NCBI GenBank assembly: GCA_035221665.1
Contig: CM069150.1
Location: 44,330,001 to 44,394,000 of the forward strand
Reading direction: 5' to 3'
Source: Okamejei kenojei
Lineage: Eukaryota
Length of the DNA stretch: 64,000 nt
Part shown: positions 39,173 to 51,897 of the stretch, piece by piece
Layout of the letters: each line of letters begins with the position of its first letter
Position numbering within the stretch: the stretch's first letter is position 1
Notes under the pieces: model-generated
Databases searched by the model: none
Told to the model about the DNA's origin: nothing
The model's input: only the letters and a program-made list of their open reading frames with translations
Program-made: the position numbers and the translations under genes

Positions 39173-39408
39173 GCGAACTAGTGTGTATCGTACACACACT
39201 AGGGAGTATTTACAATTCTTACTGAGCCAAATTGACCAACAAACTTGTATATCTTTGGAGTGTGGGAGGAAACCGGAGCACCTGGAGAAAACCCACGCGG
39301 TCACAGGGAGAACGTGCAAACTCCGCACAGTCAGCACCTGTCGTCAGGATCGAACCCGGGCGTCTGGCGCCGTGAGGCAGCAACACTACCGCTGCGCCAC
39401 TGTGCCGC
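39172..39408 (-). mobile_element. V-SINE fragment; similar copies at about 2720-2890, 2920-3400, 14640-14795, 18970-19197, 23620-23890, 28640-28885, 36600-36920, 42220-42475 and 60060-60420
   Basis: gtgggaggaaaccggagcacctggagaaaacccac V-domain and tRNA-like head. Confidence 0.8.
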
Positions 39409-39433
39409 GAGAGGTTGGAAAAACTTGGATTAA

Positions 39434-40620
39434 CATAGAAACATAGAAATTAGGTGCAGGAGTAGGCCATTCAGCCCTTCGAGCCTGCACCGCCATTCAA
39501 TATGATCATGGCTGATCATCCAACTCAGTATCCCGTACCTGCCTTCTCTCCATACCCTCTGATCCCCTTAGCCACAAGGGCCACATCCAACTCACTCTTA
39601 AATATAGCCAATGAACTGGCCTCAACTACCCTCTGTGGCAGAGAGTTCCAGAGACTCACCACTCTCTGTGTGAAGAAAGTCTTTCTCATTTCGGTCTTAA
39701 AGGATTTCCCCCTTATCCTTAAGCTGTGACCCCTTGTCCTGGACTTCCCCAACATCGGAACAATCTTCCTGCATCTAGCCTGTCCAACCCCTTAAGAATT
39801 ATGTAAGTTTCTATAAGATCCCCTCTTAATCTCCTAAATTCCAGAGAGTATAAACCGAGTCTATCCAGTCTTTCTTCATAAGACAGTCCTGACATCCCAG
39901 GAATCAGTCTGGTGAACCTTCTCTGCACTCCCTCTATGGCAATAATGTCCTTCCTCAGATTTGGAGACCAAACTGCACGCAATACTCCAGGTGTGGTCTC
40001 ACCAAGACCCTGTACAACTGAAGTAGAACCTCCCTGCTCCTGTACTCAAATCCTTTTGCTATGAAAGCTAACATACCATTCGCTTTTTCACTGCCTGCTG
40101 CACCTGCATGCCTACTTTCAATGACTGGTGTACCATGACACCCAGGTCTCGCTGCATCTCCCCTTTTCCTAATCGGCCACCATTTAAATAATAGTCTGCT
40201 TTCCTGTTTTTGCCACCAAAGTGGATAACCTCACATTTATCCACATTATACTGCATCTGCCAAACATTTGGCCTATCCAAGTGCAGTCTCCTAGCATCCT
40301 CCTCACAGCGAACACTGCCCCCCAGCTTAGTGTCATCCGCAAACTTGGAGATATTGCCTTCAATTCCCTCATCCAGATCATTAATATATATTGTAAATAG
40401 CTGGGGTCCCAGCACTGAGCCCTGCGGTACCCCACTAGTTACTGCCTGCCATTGTGAAAAGGACCCGTTTACTCCTACTCTTTGCTTCCTGTTTGCCAGC
40501 CAGTTCTCTATCCACATCAATACTGAACCCCTAATACCGTATGCTTTAAGTTTGTATACTAATCTCTTATGTGGGACCTTGTCGAAAGCCTTCTGGAAGT
40601 CCAGATATACCACATCCACT
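39434..40620 (-). mobile_element. CR1 LINE 3' 1.2 kb (RT domain)
   Basis: DVVYLDFQKAFDKVPHKRL, SGVPQGSVLGP, KFADDTKLGG; CR1 tail. Confidence 0.93.
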
Positions 40621-42114
40621 TATCCACGCTACTAGTTACATCCTCGATTGTTTTCTCCGGTATCCCCAGAAGTTGAAGGCAGACCACACAAATGCATATC
40701 GAATTATGAGAGGTATCGACAGTGAGATCCCTTTCTGCAGGGCAGAAATGTCAATTACTGGAGGGCACAGTTTCAAGGTGACAGGAGTAAAGTTTAAAGA
40801 AGATGCGGCGGGTGCCTGGAATGTGTTACATGGAGTGATGGTGGGGGCATATATGACCATGGATTTCCAAGATGGTGCCCAACCCAGATGACTAGTTTTG
40901 TGCTAGCCACAGAAGCAGATCTACTATCCCATCGCCCCACACTTTTAAAATCCCTACAACCGTATTTCAGACTTTGCTGGCTTTACCTTGCACTAAACGT
41001 TATTCCCTGATCATGTCTCTATTCAGTACACTGTGAGTGGCTCGATTGTAATCATGTATTGTCTTTCTGCTGACTAGATAGCACGCAACAAAAGATTTTC
41101 ACCTGTACCCCTGTGGAATTCTCTGCCTCAGAGGGCGGTGGTGGCAGGTTCTCCGGATGCTTTCAAGAGAGAGCTGGATAGGGCTCTTAAAAATAGCAGA
41201 GTTAGGGGATATGGGGTACTGATTGGGGAAGATCAACCATGATCACATTGAATGGCGGTGCTGGCTCGAGGGGCCGAATGGCCTCCTCCTGCACCTATTG
41301 TCTATTGTCTATTGTCTACTTCGGTACAGGTGACATTATGAGGTGCAAACATTTGCAAAAAAATAAGGGGTTATGGATCCCATGTAGGCAGCGGAGATTA
41401 GTTTAACCTGGCGTCATGTTGGACACGCACATTGGGCAAATGGGCCTGTTCTTGCACTGTACTCTTTGATGTGCTACGATCTTATTTGCACTCCCAGTTA
41501 CAGTATCCAGCAGTGTGCGATGCATATGAGTGCTTACAGTGCATGTAGCAATTAAATATTAACGCCTTCAACAGGTAGGAAAGACCTTCTTTCTAAATCA
41601 CCAGTGATCTAAAAGTCTCTCCAGATGCTTCATAAAACAGCTTGACATCTGATTGTACAAACTCGTCTAGAATTATCCAGCCTCATCTTTTTTTTCCCCT
41701 ATTTCCCAGGTATTCTTGCTCGGTTTCTAAAATCAGCGTTGCTCCTGACATTGAATGAATGCAACACATTTAGACTTTGTGTGATGAGTACAAAGAATCT
41801 CACCCTTCTTAAGCTTGTCAATATCAGCAATCAAGTTGCTGCCTTTTTGTTTGTTACCTTTTAGACAGTTATGGAGAAAATGTCCTTAAACGCGATCACG
41901 TCTTTTTGGGCTCAGAAAATGCCAGACTTTTCGCCCACCTCATTCTGTAATTGTAGTTTTTGCATTTTATGATCAGTCAGCATTTAGTAAAATGCTTTAT
42001 ATTAAACAATTTTATAATTATTTAAGGATGAATGGTTTGTAATGCCAGCTTTCAGCGTTTAGTAAGGTGCCAGATATTAAACATTTCTATAATCATTCAA
42101 GGGGGATGGTTTGG

Positions 42115-42220
42115 GATCGATCGACTGATCGATTGATTAAATGTATGAGTGATTAGTTGATTGATTGATTGGTTGAATGATTGATTGATTGGCCGATTGA
42201 ATAAATGGTGGATTGATTGA
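42115..42220. repeat. Degenerate (GATT)n tract at a SINE tail
   Basis: Direct reading. Confidence 0.8.
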
Positions 42221-43199
42221 AAGACACAGCATGGAAACAGACCCTTCGGCCCACCAAGTCCATACTGACCATCGATCACCCGTTCCATGTTATCCCACTT
42301 TCTCATTCACTCCCTACACACTAGAGGCAATTTATAGAGGGTCCAATTAACCTACAGATCCGCACATCTTTGGAAGCACCCGGAGGAAACTCACACAGGG
42401 GGAACGTGCATACTCCACAAAGACAGCACCTGAGGTCGGGATGGAACCTGGGCCTCTGGTGCTGCGAGGCAGCTGATTGCAAGATATTTATAAATATGAT
42501 TACATAGTGTAGCAATGTGACAATGGGCTACAAAGATAAAATGATAATGAGGAAATCATCAATAATAATGAAAAATAAATTAATCATAAATAATTGCTCC
42601 TTTGTTTAAAAAATGCTAATTGCAAAGATTTAGCAACTGCCATTTGCCTGTTCATGACTTCATATAACTAAGTACTTATATGAAGAGTTAATGGACTTTT
42701 TCCTCGTGCTACATTGAATTTCTGCCAAGCCAGTCACAGGCTTGTGTCATCTCAATGTTAAACAGTGTCAATTTTCAGACTGAGAAATGTACTTTGCAGT
42801 TTTTAGTTTTAACATTGCACGTAAAAGCTGTTGGAATTTTAATAAATGGCGCAATTAGGAAGGTAAAAACTATCCTGTTCATGAATAGGTTGGAGATATT
42901 CCCGTTGATATTTCGTTGAAGTTAAGAAGCATGCTACATCAAGCAAAATGATTATTGTCTATTAAACAAAGTCCTTAGGGTCTATCAACGAATCATTCTT
43001 AAGCTTTACTTGGTTATTCTTAATTTTACTAAATGCAGGTAACATTTCTCAACACATTTCACTATGTAAATAATTTATTTTTCAAACATTAGGAAACCTA
43101 ATTAAACAAAGAACAATTATAATTTTGCATTTGGTTATTTTCTCTTACACGTGTAGTAAATTTAAATGTGCATATTTAAATTTCCCAAATGATTGACTA

Positions 43200-43490
43200 T
43201 TTGTACATTTTTCGCTTGGGTAGTTTACACCCCAGTGGTATGAACATTCACCTCCAATTTCAGGGAATCATTGCTTTTTCCATCCCTTCCCTCCCCTTCC
43301 CAGCTCTCCCACAGCCTATTGCCTCCGCCTCTTCCTTTCTTCTCCCCCCCCCCCACATCAGTCTGAAGAAGGGTCTCGACCCAAAACGCGCTTATTCCTT
43401 CCCTCCATAGATGTTGCCTCACCCGCTGAGTTTCTCCAGCATTTTTATCTACCTTCGATTTTTCCAGCATCTACAGTTCTTTCTTAAACT
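43200..43490 (+). mobile_element. Penelope 3' end with pLTR
   Basis: tttcgcttgggtagtttacaccc...cagtctgaagaagggtctcgaccc...ccagcatctacagttctttcttaaac. Confidence 0.75.
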
Positions 43491-44519
43491 TAGAATCTAG
43501 AACGTTAAATGGTGACATAGGGAACTGCAGATGTTGAAATCTTGAGCAAGATGCAAAGTGCTGGAGCAACTCAGTGGGTCAGGCAGCATCCGTGGAGGGA
43601 ATGGATGGGCAATATTTTGGCATCAGGACCATTTTTAAATTCGACCAAAAACATCAACTATCCAAGTCCTCCAGCGATGCTGCTGACCCATTGAGTCACT
43701 CCAGCACTTTTTAAAAAATAAACCAGCACCCGCAGTTTCCTTGGGTCTCAAAAAGAGCGAGTGGCAGATTGAATGTGAATGCATTGCTAAGTGAAGAAGG
43801 AAAAAAATCAAACAATGCAGATCACATAGATAAAAAAGCTTAAGAAAAAAATATCAATTTTGTTTTCCCATTCAGAAGTGAAATAGAACTGTATATATAT
43901 ATTATATGTATGTTTGCTCAGACTTCAAACTGCCTAATTTCCACAGGAGAATGCTATTAGTATTTTGAAAAAAGCGTTTATCGCATAAGGAATAACCAAT
44001 CCATTTATTTCAGACGGCAATCTTAACAATGTTTTGAACATAAAAATCATTGTGAATTGCCGTGCATATGATGCATAATGGTACTATGGTAGGGATGCAT
44101 TGATTTTATAATTCTCTCCAGGCCTCTTTTCATCTGATTGATAGCAGTGCATTGCAACTAATGGATCTGTGCTATTGTGAGAAGAATTTACACAGCTCCA
44201 AACCTAACCCAGCCTTTACAAGTTCAATATTTTACTTCAGCTCATTTTTAATGCTTGCATTATACTCCAGGGAGCAATTTTTTCACACCTTCCTAATAAT
44301 GATGCTTATGGAAAACAGAATCAGATTACAGAGTATATTGGACCTTTCACTCCAATCTTAAGGCAAATTGTTCCTTGTCAAAAATAAATTAACTCCTGAT
44401 TTTTGTTCTGAATGGGGAATATCCTACACTTGTGAATAACTGGACCTCCATCACTAATTGAGTCATACGTCATTCACTAAAGATTCAATGCAACTTTCCT
44501 GGGTTTTTAAGTAACGCAA

Positions 44520-45420
44520 GTAGAGTCATAGCATCGAAACAGGCCCTTTGGCCCAACTTGCCGATGCTAAACAGGTTTTATATCTGAGCTGGTCCCATTT
44601 GCCTGCATTTGGCCCATTTCCCACAAAATCTTTCCAAAACAGTTACCTGTCTAAATGACTATGCCTCCACAGCTTTCTCAGACAGCTCATTCCAGACCGG
44701 CGCCATCCTCAGTGTAAAGAAATTGCCCGTCAGGTCCCTAGAGTCATGGTCATAGAGTGATATAGTGTGGTGACAGGTCCTTCGGCCCAATCCGCCCACA
44801 CCAGCCAACATGTTCCAGCTACACTAGTCCCACTTGCCTGCGCTTGGTCCACAACCCTCCAAACCTGTCCTATCCATGTACCAGTCCAACTGTTTCTTAA
44901 ACAATGGGATAGTCCAAACCTCAACTACCTCCTCTGTTAGCATTGTTCCATACACCCACCTCCCTCTGTGTGAAAAAGTGACCCCTCGGATTCCTATTAA
45001 GTCTTTTCCCCTCACCTTGAACCCATGTCCTCTGGTCCTCGATTCCCCTACTCTGGCTAAAAGACTCTGTGCATCTACCGGATCTATTCCTCTCATGATA
45101 TCTTGAATATTTCCCCTCCTACCTTAAGCCAACGCCCTCTCATTCTGGACTCCTCTACCTGGGAAAAAGACTATGACCATTTGATTTATGTCTGCTTCTC
45201 GCGATTTTCCAAGCCTCTATAAGATTACCTCTCAGCCTCCTACATTCCACGGGCAATAACGTCCCAGCCTATCCACCCCTCCTTATTCATAACTTTAGCT
45301 CTCGAGTCCTGGTTACATTCTGGTAAATCTTCGCGGCACCATTTCCAGCTTAATTACCTCCTTCCTACAGCAGGGCAGCCAGAGTTGCACGCGGTACTCC
45401 ATCTCACCAACGCTTGCACT
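44520..45420 (-). mobile_element. Nested CR1 3' fragments
   Basis: MRGIDPVDAQSL..ESRTRGHGFKVRG; (CACTCTATG)-type tail. Confidence 0.75.
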
Positions 45421-45427
45421 GCTGTAC

Positions 45428-45738
45428 GGTGTCACGGTGGCGCAGTGGTAGCGTTGCTGCCTCACAGCAAAATGCAGCGCCGGAGACCCGGGTTCGATCC
45501 CGACTACGGCCGCTGTCTGTGTGGAGTTTGTACGTTCTCTCCGTGACCTGCGTGGCTTTTCTCCGAGATCTTCGGTTTCCTCCCACATTCCAAAGACGTA
45601 CAGGTTTGTAGGTTAATTGGCTCGGTAAATGTAAAAATTGTCCCTAGTGGGTGTAGGATAGTGTTAATGTGCGGGCATCGCTGGTCGACGCAGACCCGGT
45701 GGGCCTGTTTCTGCGCTGTATCTCTAAACTAAACTAAC
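45428..45738 (+). mobile_element. tRNA-derived V-SINE (HE1-like), full length
   Basis: A box ggtggcgcagtggt, B box gggttcgatccc, V-domain, (TAAAC)n tail. Confidence 0.9.
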
Positions 45739-46107
45739 CGTCGGCCTTCATCAGTCAGAGTATTGATGAGGTTTGTAGCTTAATTCGTACAGGTTTGTAA
45801 TTTAATTGGCATGATTAATTGGCTTGATAAAAATGTAAAAATTGTCTGGTATGAAATGGTCCAACTTCCAGTATAGTCCCTGGTGGGCTCTTCGGAAGGT
45901 AAATGGTAATGTAATCTAAAGTCTTGGAACTATTTTCTCTGGAAGTATTTGTAAACTGTAATGCTGCTGCAGACCTTCCAATGTTTTGACAGGTCCCACA
46001 ATTTTACTCTTCAGCTCCCCTTCAGTTTGCTCTGTGAATGTTAGGGAAATATGTTTGTACATATTTATAATTTTAGATTTCCATCACTGTGGTTTTCTTC
46101 TTATCTG

Positions 46108-47405
46108 CACATAGAACAAGATATCGCAAGAACAGGCTCTCTGGCCCACAATGTCCATGGCGAACATGATACCAAGTTAATCCCTGTCTGGACTTGATCC
46201 ATATCCCTCCATATCCTGCATATACCTATCCAAAGGTCTCTTAAATGCCACTGTCCTATTTGCCTCTACCACCACCGCTGACAGTGCATTCCAGGCACCC
46301 ACCCATCTTTGTGTTAAAAAAATGTGACCCACACATTGCCTTTAAATTAAATCCCTCTCACCTGTAACCTCTCTCCTGTAATCCTTATATTTCCACCCCG
46401 GGAGAAAGGTTCTGATTGTCTACCCTATCTATGCCTCATAATTTTATACCCTTCCATCAGGTCTCCCCTCAATCTTTAATGCCTCACAGAAAACAATCCA
46501 AGTACGTTCAGATTTCCCTTATAGCTAATGCCTTCTTATCCAGGCAGATTCTATTGCATCTCTTCTGCATCTCGCCTAAACCCATACCTTCTTAGGCCCC
46601 CCACGGTCGTGGCTGACCATGGGTGTCTCCAGGGTTGGAGGACGCCTGTGCGTGACTTTGTTTAACGTGGGGAGACTGGTGCACAGACAGCCACCCCACG
46701 GTCCTTGGCAGATCTGGGTCAGGATCCAGCGGCATGGAGTCCAAGACGACCGGAGACCCTTTTCTGCTGCAGCCTTCATCCGCCTTCCCAGCCGTTGTGA
46801 CGCTCCACTAAGGTCAGCCATCGTCCTCCGCCTGTTCCACCGTTGAGGTCTTGGTTGGATTGCTCTTTGTCAGAGACCTCCCCCTCGACCTTACCGCCAT
46901 GGGTGGCCCTACCAGGAGCACAGCTCCAGACGGCATCGCTCTCAGGATCTCAGGACCACACAAGCTTCTCCACCACGACAAGGTGACAATCCACGGAGAA
47001 GAATAATTGATCGTGATTTTTAAAATCCACGGAGAAACCCTACATCCTTCCTGTAATTGGGTGACCAGACAATGCGCAATACTCTAAATGTGGCCTCAAC
47101 AAAGTCCTGTAAACCTGCATTGTGCCTTCCTGACTCTTATACCCAATGCCCTGATCAATGACCACCTTAAGTACTTGTGTTGCTACTTTCAGGGATCTGT
47201 GGACTTGGCCCCAAAGGTATGGGGATGATCAGCCATGATCACATTGAATGTCGGTGCTGGCTCGAAGGGCCGAACGGCCTACTCCTGCACCGATTGTCTA
47301 TTGTCTATTGTCTCCATGCATCAATGCTCTTAATGGTCTTTCCATTAACTGTCGACTTTCCCCTTACATCCAACCTCCAAATGTGCAACATCTCACACTT
47401 GCTTG
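46108..47405 (-). mobile_element. Old CR1 fragment hosting RTE-derived copy 2
   Basis: CR1-like 3' sequence on both sides of 46588-47001. Confidence 0.65.
46588..47001 (-). mobile_element. Bipartite RTE-derived non-autonomous element, copy 2 (inserted in an old CR1)
   Basis: Same sequence as copy 1 apart from a few substitutions and one short indel; 3' end ggggggcctaagaag. Confidence 0.8.
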
Positions 47406-47801
47406 ATTTCACCTCTAATTGTACGGTTTCTCTGTCGCCCTTCCCCTCCAGTGCTTCACCCAAGTAGCCGGATGTGAATCAAAATGACGACAAGCCATCT
47501 GAGACTGGAGTCAAAGCTAATTTAGTTCTCACTTGACATATACTCACAATCATTTAGAAATCGCTAAATATCTTTCTTCGTGGAATCGATAGCACAGGAG
47601 CTCCAGGGCAGGCTCATGCGTCAGTTGTGGCCTCTTTGGCGGACTGATAGTGTGTTTGCTTCATTTCAACGTTGGAGTTTGAAGTGTTCAATTAATTAGT
47701 TGCTGATTGTGATACAGTTGTTCTTGTTGTGTAGACGGATGTGGATAAGGTTAGCGTTCCTCCTCAGCAACTCACCCGCTCCCTTTCCCTTCTATTTTCA
47801 G

Positions 47802-47980
47802 CGGCTTCCCATTTCAGCTTTTGCCGAAATGCCCTGGATCCAAACGTGCCAACCGATGATTTAAACTGCGGCTTGCAAGACGATTCCGATAACTCCGCCT
47901 GGAATGACGAAGGTGGTCAACGGTCATCGGGAACTAGGAACATAAAACTCTTACAACAGCCAGGAACAGAACATTTCCAG
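47802..47980 (+). CDS. SAMD10: SAMD10 coding exon 2: (A)ASHFSFCRNALDPNVPTDDLNCGLQDDSDNSAWNDEGGQRSSGTRNIKLLQQPGTEHFQ
   Basis: Polypyrimidine acceptor tattttcag|CG and donor CAG|gtactc; HFSFCR and IKLLQQPGT motifs match SAMD10; PRPF6-SAMD10 adjacency as in human. Confidence 0.88.
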
Positions 47981-48497
47981 GTACTCGGAGTGATTTGTAT
48001 CATTGTTGTTTGACACTTTACAGCATCCAATAGTTAGTTCTGCAGACTGATGATGCCCAACAGTCAGCTGAAATAAAGATTTTATTTGAAACCCAAAATA
48101 ATGAAAAATCTGATAAAATACTAGAGGCTGCTCAAAAATACCATTGTCTTCTCTCTCTCTATCATTTAAACAATCTCTTTCCCTTATCCTTCACTCTTTC
48201 CCCATTTTTTACATCAATTAAAAACTTAATCTAATTTCCTATTTTTATCTCTTATCTATTATTTTATTTACACATTTTCTGTCAGTTCATTTTAACTCTC
48301 AATATCTGTAAAATATTATGTTCTTGATCCTTTCTTTGTTGTGTTGGCTATATTATTACTTAACTGTTTGGTGAATTTATGCTTTTGTCATTTCTTTTAA
48401 TTTATCCATTTTTTGTCTCTTATCTTTCAGTTAAGTCACTCCATTAATATCTGAAAGATAGCAGCCTCTAAAGGTTGTTCAAATCACATATTTTTAG

Positions 48498-48803
48498 GGT
48501 GGTCAAGGTGGCGCAGCGGTAGAGTTGCTGTCTTACAGCGAATGCAGCGCCGGAGACCCGGGTTCGATCCCGGCTACGGGCGCTGTCTGTTCGGAGTTTC
48601 TACGTTCTCCCTGTGGACCTGCATGGATTTTCTCCGAGATTTTCCTTCCACACTCCAAAGACGTACAGGCTTGAAGGTTAATTGGCTTGGTAAATGTAAA
48701 TACTGTCCCTAGTGTTAATGTGCAGGGATCGCTGGTCGGCACGGACCCAGTGGGCCGAAGGGCCTGTTTCCTCGCTGTATCTCTAAACTAAACTAATCTA
48801 AAC
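48498..48803 (+). mobile_element. tRNA-derived V-SINE (HE1-like), full length
   Basis: A/B boxes, V-domain, gggccgaagggcctgtttcc + (TAAAC)n. Confidence 0.9.
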
Positions 48804-50510
48804 ATTGGCCTTTATCAGTCAGAGTATTGAGTAAAGAAGTTCAAGAAGGAACTGCAGATGCTGGAAAATCGAAGGTAGACAAAAATGATGGATAAACTCA
48901 GAGGGTGCGGCAGCATCTATGGACATCTATGGACAAAAATGGGAGAAGTTGGGAGGTCATGTTACAGTATAAGACATTCGCTTCAGTTTTGGTCACCCTG
49001 TTATACGAAAAATGTTGCTAAGCTGGAAAGGGTACAGAGAAGATTTACGAAGATGTTACCAGGACGTAGGGGTATCGGAAGACGTTGAGCAGGCTAGGAC
49101 TTTATTCCTTGGAGTGCAGGAGGATGAGTGGTGGTCTTACAGAGGTGTACAAGATTATGAGAGGAATAGATTGGGTAAATGCACAGAATCTTTTACTCAG
49201 AGTAGGGGAATTGAGAGTCATAAGATATAGATCTAAGGTAAGGGTGGGAAAGATTTAACAGGAACCCAAGGGGTAACCTTCTTTACACAAAGGTTGGTAG
49301 GTGTGTGGAATGAGCTGGTAGATGACGCAGGTACTATCACAACATTTAAGAAACACTTAGGTAGGTACTTGGGAAGGATAGGTTTAGAGGGATAGGGGCC
49401 GAACACAGGTGGGTGGGACTAATATGGGTGGATGACGTGGGCAAGAGACTGCCGATTCTGGAAATGGGAGCCAAAAAAAAGCCTTAGTACCAGTGGAAGC
49501 CGCTGAGTTATTAATCAAGCACTTTGTTTCTCTTTTTGTGAACCAGAGTTTGCACATCATTGTATGTTCACGAGCAGCATGTTTTGTATCATGCTTAAGA
49601 TTCACAAACACACCACGAATTGGTGATTATATCTCCTTTTGCTGTGGCGATATGAATGAACAGGTCAAGGAGAATATCAATGACCCACTTGAGAATGTTC
49701 TAGAGGCTGATAATAATTTAGTTGTTTTCTCCAATGTCCCAAACTCTTCACCAAAAAGTAATTCACATTTGTAGAAGACATTTGTTTTTCTCAGCAGGAG
49801 ACAAAAGGGCGTTTGAGATGCAAGAATGAGTCTATGTGGCCTTTCTGTGGAGTATTTCAGACAGTCAATTGATTTTATTATTACAGTTTGCCAGATGCAT
49901 GAGTTAGAATGTAATGAATTCCTTAATTGCAGGATGAAGTCCATTGAACTTTTTAAACAGTAGATCAAAAGGCTGTACTCATTCTGTATTCATGCGGTTG
50001 TAGTAGTGAAAATGCCATGGCCTTTGACTCTAAGAAAACTACAATGAGGTTTTGTTCCCAGACTAACTGCTCTCGATAGAAACATACAACACATGTTGAT
50101 CTGTCAACAGGCAAGTTATGTCATTTCAAAAGCTTTAGTTTAAATCTGTTTCAATTTAAAAAAAGATTTGCAATTGTTTAATGGACTTTGTACAGTTTTT
50201 AGATGGTTTTCAATGTGGCCAAGTGGCAAGAGTATTCAGAAATAGTCAAGACATGGCGTGAGAAACTTGTTCACTGGCTAAGCCAGGGGAGAAGATTAGC
50301 ATCCTTGCTGCACAATGATATTATGTGATGCAACATCCAGCTTCCTCAATGAGCACTCTGGTTCAGATAACAATGCTTACCAGTAACTTCATACCGACAA
50401 ATTCACAAAAGTTAATCGTGCTTTCAAAGGAAGGGTAGATCAGGTGGTGAAGAAGGCGTTTGGCTCACTGTCCTTCACCATTTGTTGATTTAGAGATTGG
50501 AAAGTGATGT

Positions 50511-51270
50511 TTCAATTCAATTCAATTGCCCTTTATTGACATTCAAACGATGCAAGTTTTGAACAAAATTTCGTTCCTGCAGTCAAAACAGCAAAAAAAA
50601 AGACCAAAACACACAATTAACACAATTTCCACATAAGCATCCATCACAGTGAATCTCCAAATACCTCCTCACTGTGATGGAAGGCAAAAGTCTTATCTCT
50701 TCCCTGTCCTTTGTTCTTCTCCCGCGGCCAGGCAGCCAAACTGCAACGTCAAGGCGGGCGATGGTAAGTCCCGTGGCCGTTTAAGCCGCGCCGGGCGATG
50801 TAAGGCCCTGCTCCCGGCCGATTCAAACCCTTCGATGCGGGCGGGCGAAGTTGCCGTTGTGGGAGCTCCCCGAAAATCGGTCCCCCACCAGGGACCCGCG
50901 AGCTCCCGACTCCACCATCCACAGGACCCGCGGCTGAAGCTCCCAAGCTCCGAAGTCGGGTCGCAGCAGCAGCCACAGCGCCACCACAGCTCCGGAGTCA
51001 GCCAGCTCCGCGATGGTGAGTCCGAAGGCTCTACGGCTGGAGCCCTCAGGTCGATCCCGGTTGGAGGCCGCCAACTCCACGATGTTAGGCCCCAAAGGTT
51101 GCGTCCCCGTTCTGGGAAGAGATAAAAAAAATTCCCCCCAACCGCCCTCCGTCCCCCCACATATACACAGCTAAAATAAAACCAAAGATATTCTCCCAAC
51201 ATGACAGAAGAAAGAAAAGAAAGACAGACGGACTGCAGGTAGCTGCCGCCACAAGGCGGCGCCACTCCAG
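50511..51270 (-). mobile_element. About 750-bp GC-rich non-coding retroposon with LINE-type tail
   Basis: Interrupts a CR1; 3' end caataaa + (TTGAA)n; architecture shared with 20081-21605. Confidence 0.6.
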
Positions 51271-51586
51271 AACTAGTTCACAGCTGCACAAGCCAATGGG
51301 ACGGACGCACATGAAGCCGTGCGTTCAACTTTGGTCACCCTGCTGTAGGAAAGATACCATTAAGTCGGAAAGAGTGCAGAGAGGATTTACGAGGATGTTA
51401 CAATGAAGGACTTGAGAGCATAAGCTACAGCGAGAGTTTGGGCAGGCTAGGGCTTTAAGATATGTGGACAAAAACCTGGATAGGAAAGTTTAGGGGGGAT
51501 AAGGGCAAATGGGACTAGCTTGGATCTGGCAACTTGGTCAACATGGACGAGTTGGGGGCGAAGAGCCTGTTTCTGTGCTGTATTAT

Positions 51587-51897
51587 GGCGGCACATTTGT
51601 GCAGCGGTAGATTTGCCGCCTTACAGCGCCAGAGACCCGGGTTCGATCCTGACTACGGGTGCTGCCTGTAGAAGTTAGTTCATTCTCCCTGTGCCTGCGT
51701 GGGATTTCTCCGAGATCTTCGGTTTCCTCCCACACTCCAAAGACGTGCAGTTTTGTAGGTTAATTGGCTTGGTATAAATGTAAATTGCCCCTAGTGTGTG
51801 TAGGATAGTGTTACTGTGCGGGGGTCGCTGGTCGGTAAGGACTCGGTGGGCCGAAGGGCCTGTTTCCACGCTGTATCTCTAATCTAAACTAAACTAC
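51587..51897 (+). mobile_element. tRNA-derived V-SINE (HE1-like), full length
   Basis: A/B boxes, V-domain, (TAAAC)n tail. Confidence 0.88.

Noticed and set aside
45428-45510. tRNA-like A/B boxes
   Set aside because: These are SINE heads continuing into the V-domain, not tRNA genes.
47735-47749. Possible 15-nt microexon (tgtgtag|ACGGATGTGGATAAG|gttag) before SAMD10 exon 2
   Set aside because: It would introduce an in-frame TAA and leave only a 52-nt intron.
50649-51312. 158- and 190-aa ORFs
   Set aside because: They lie within the GC-rich non-coding retroposon; no protein motifs.
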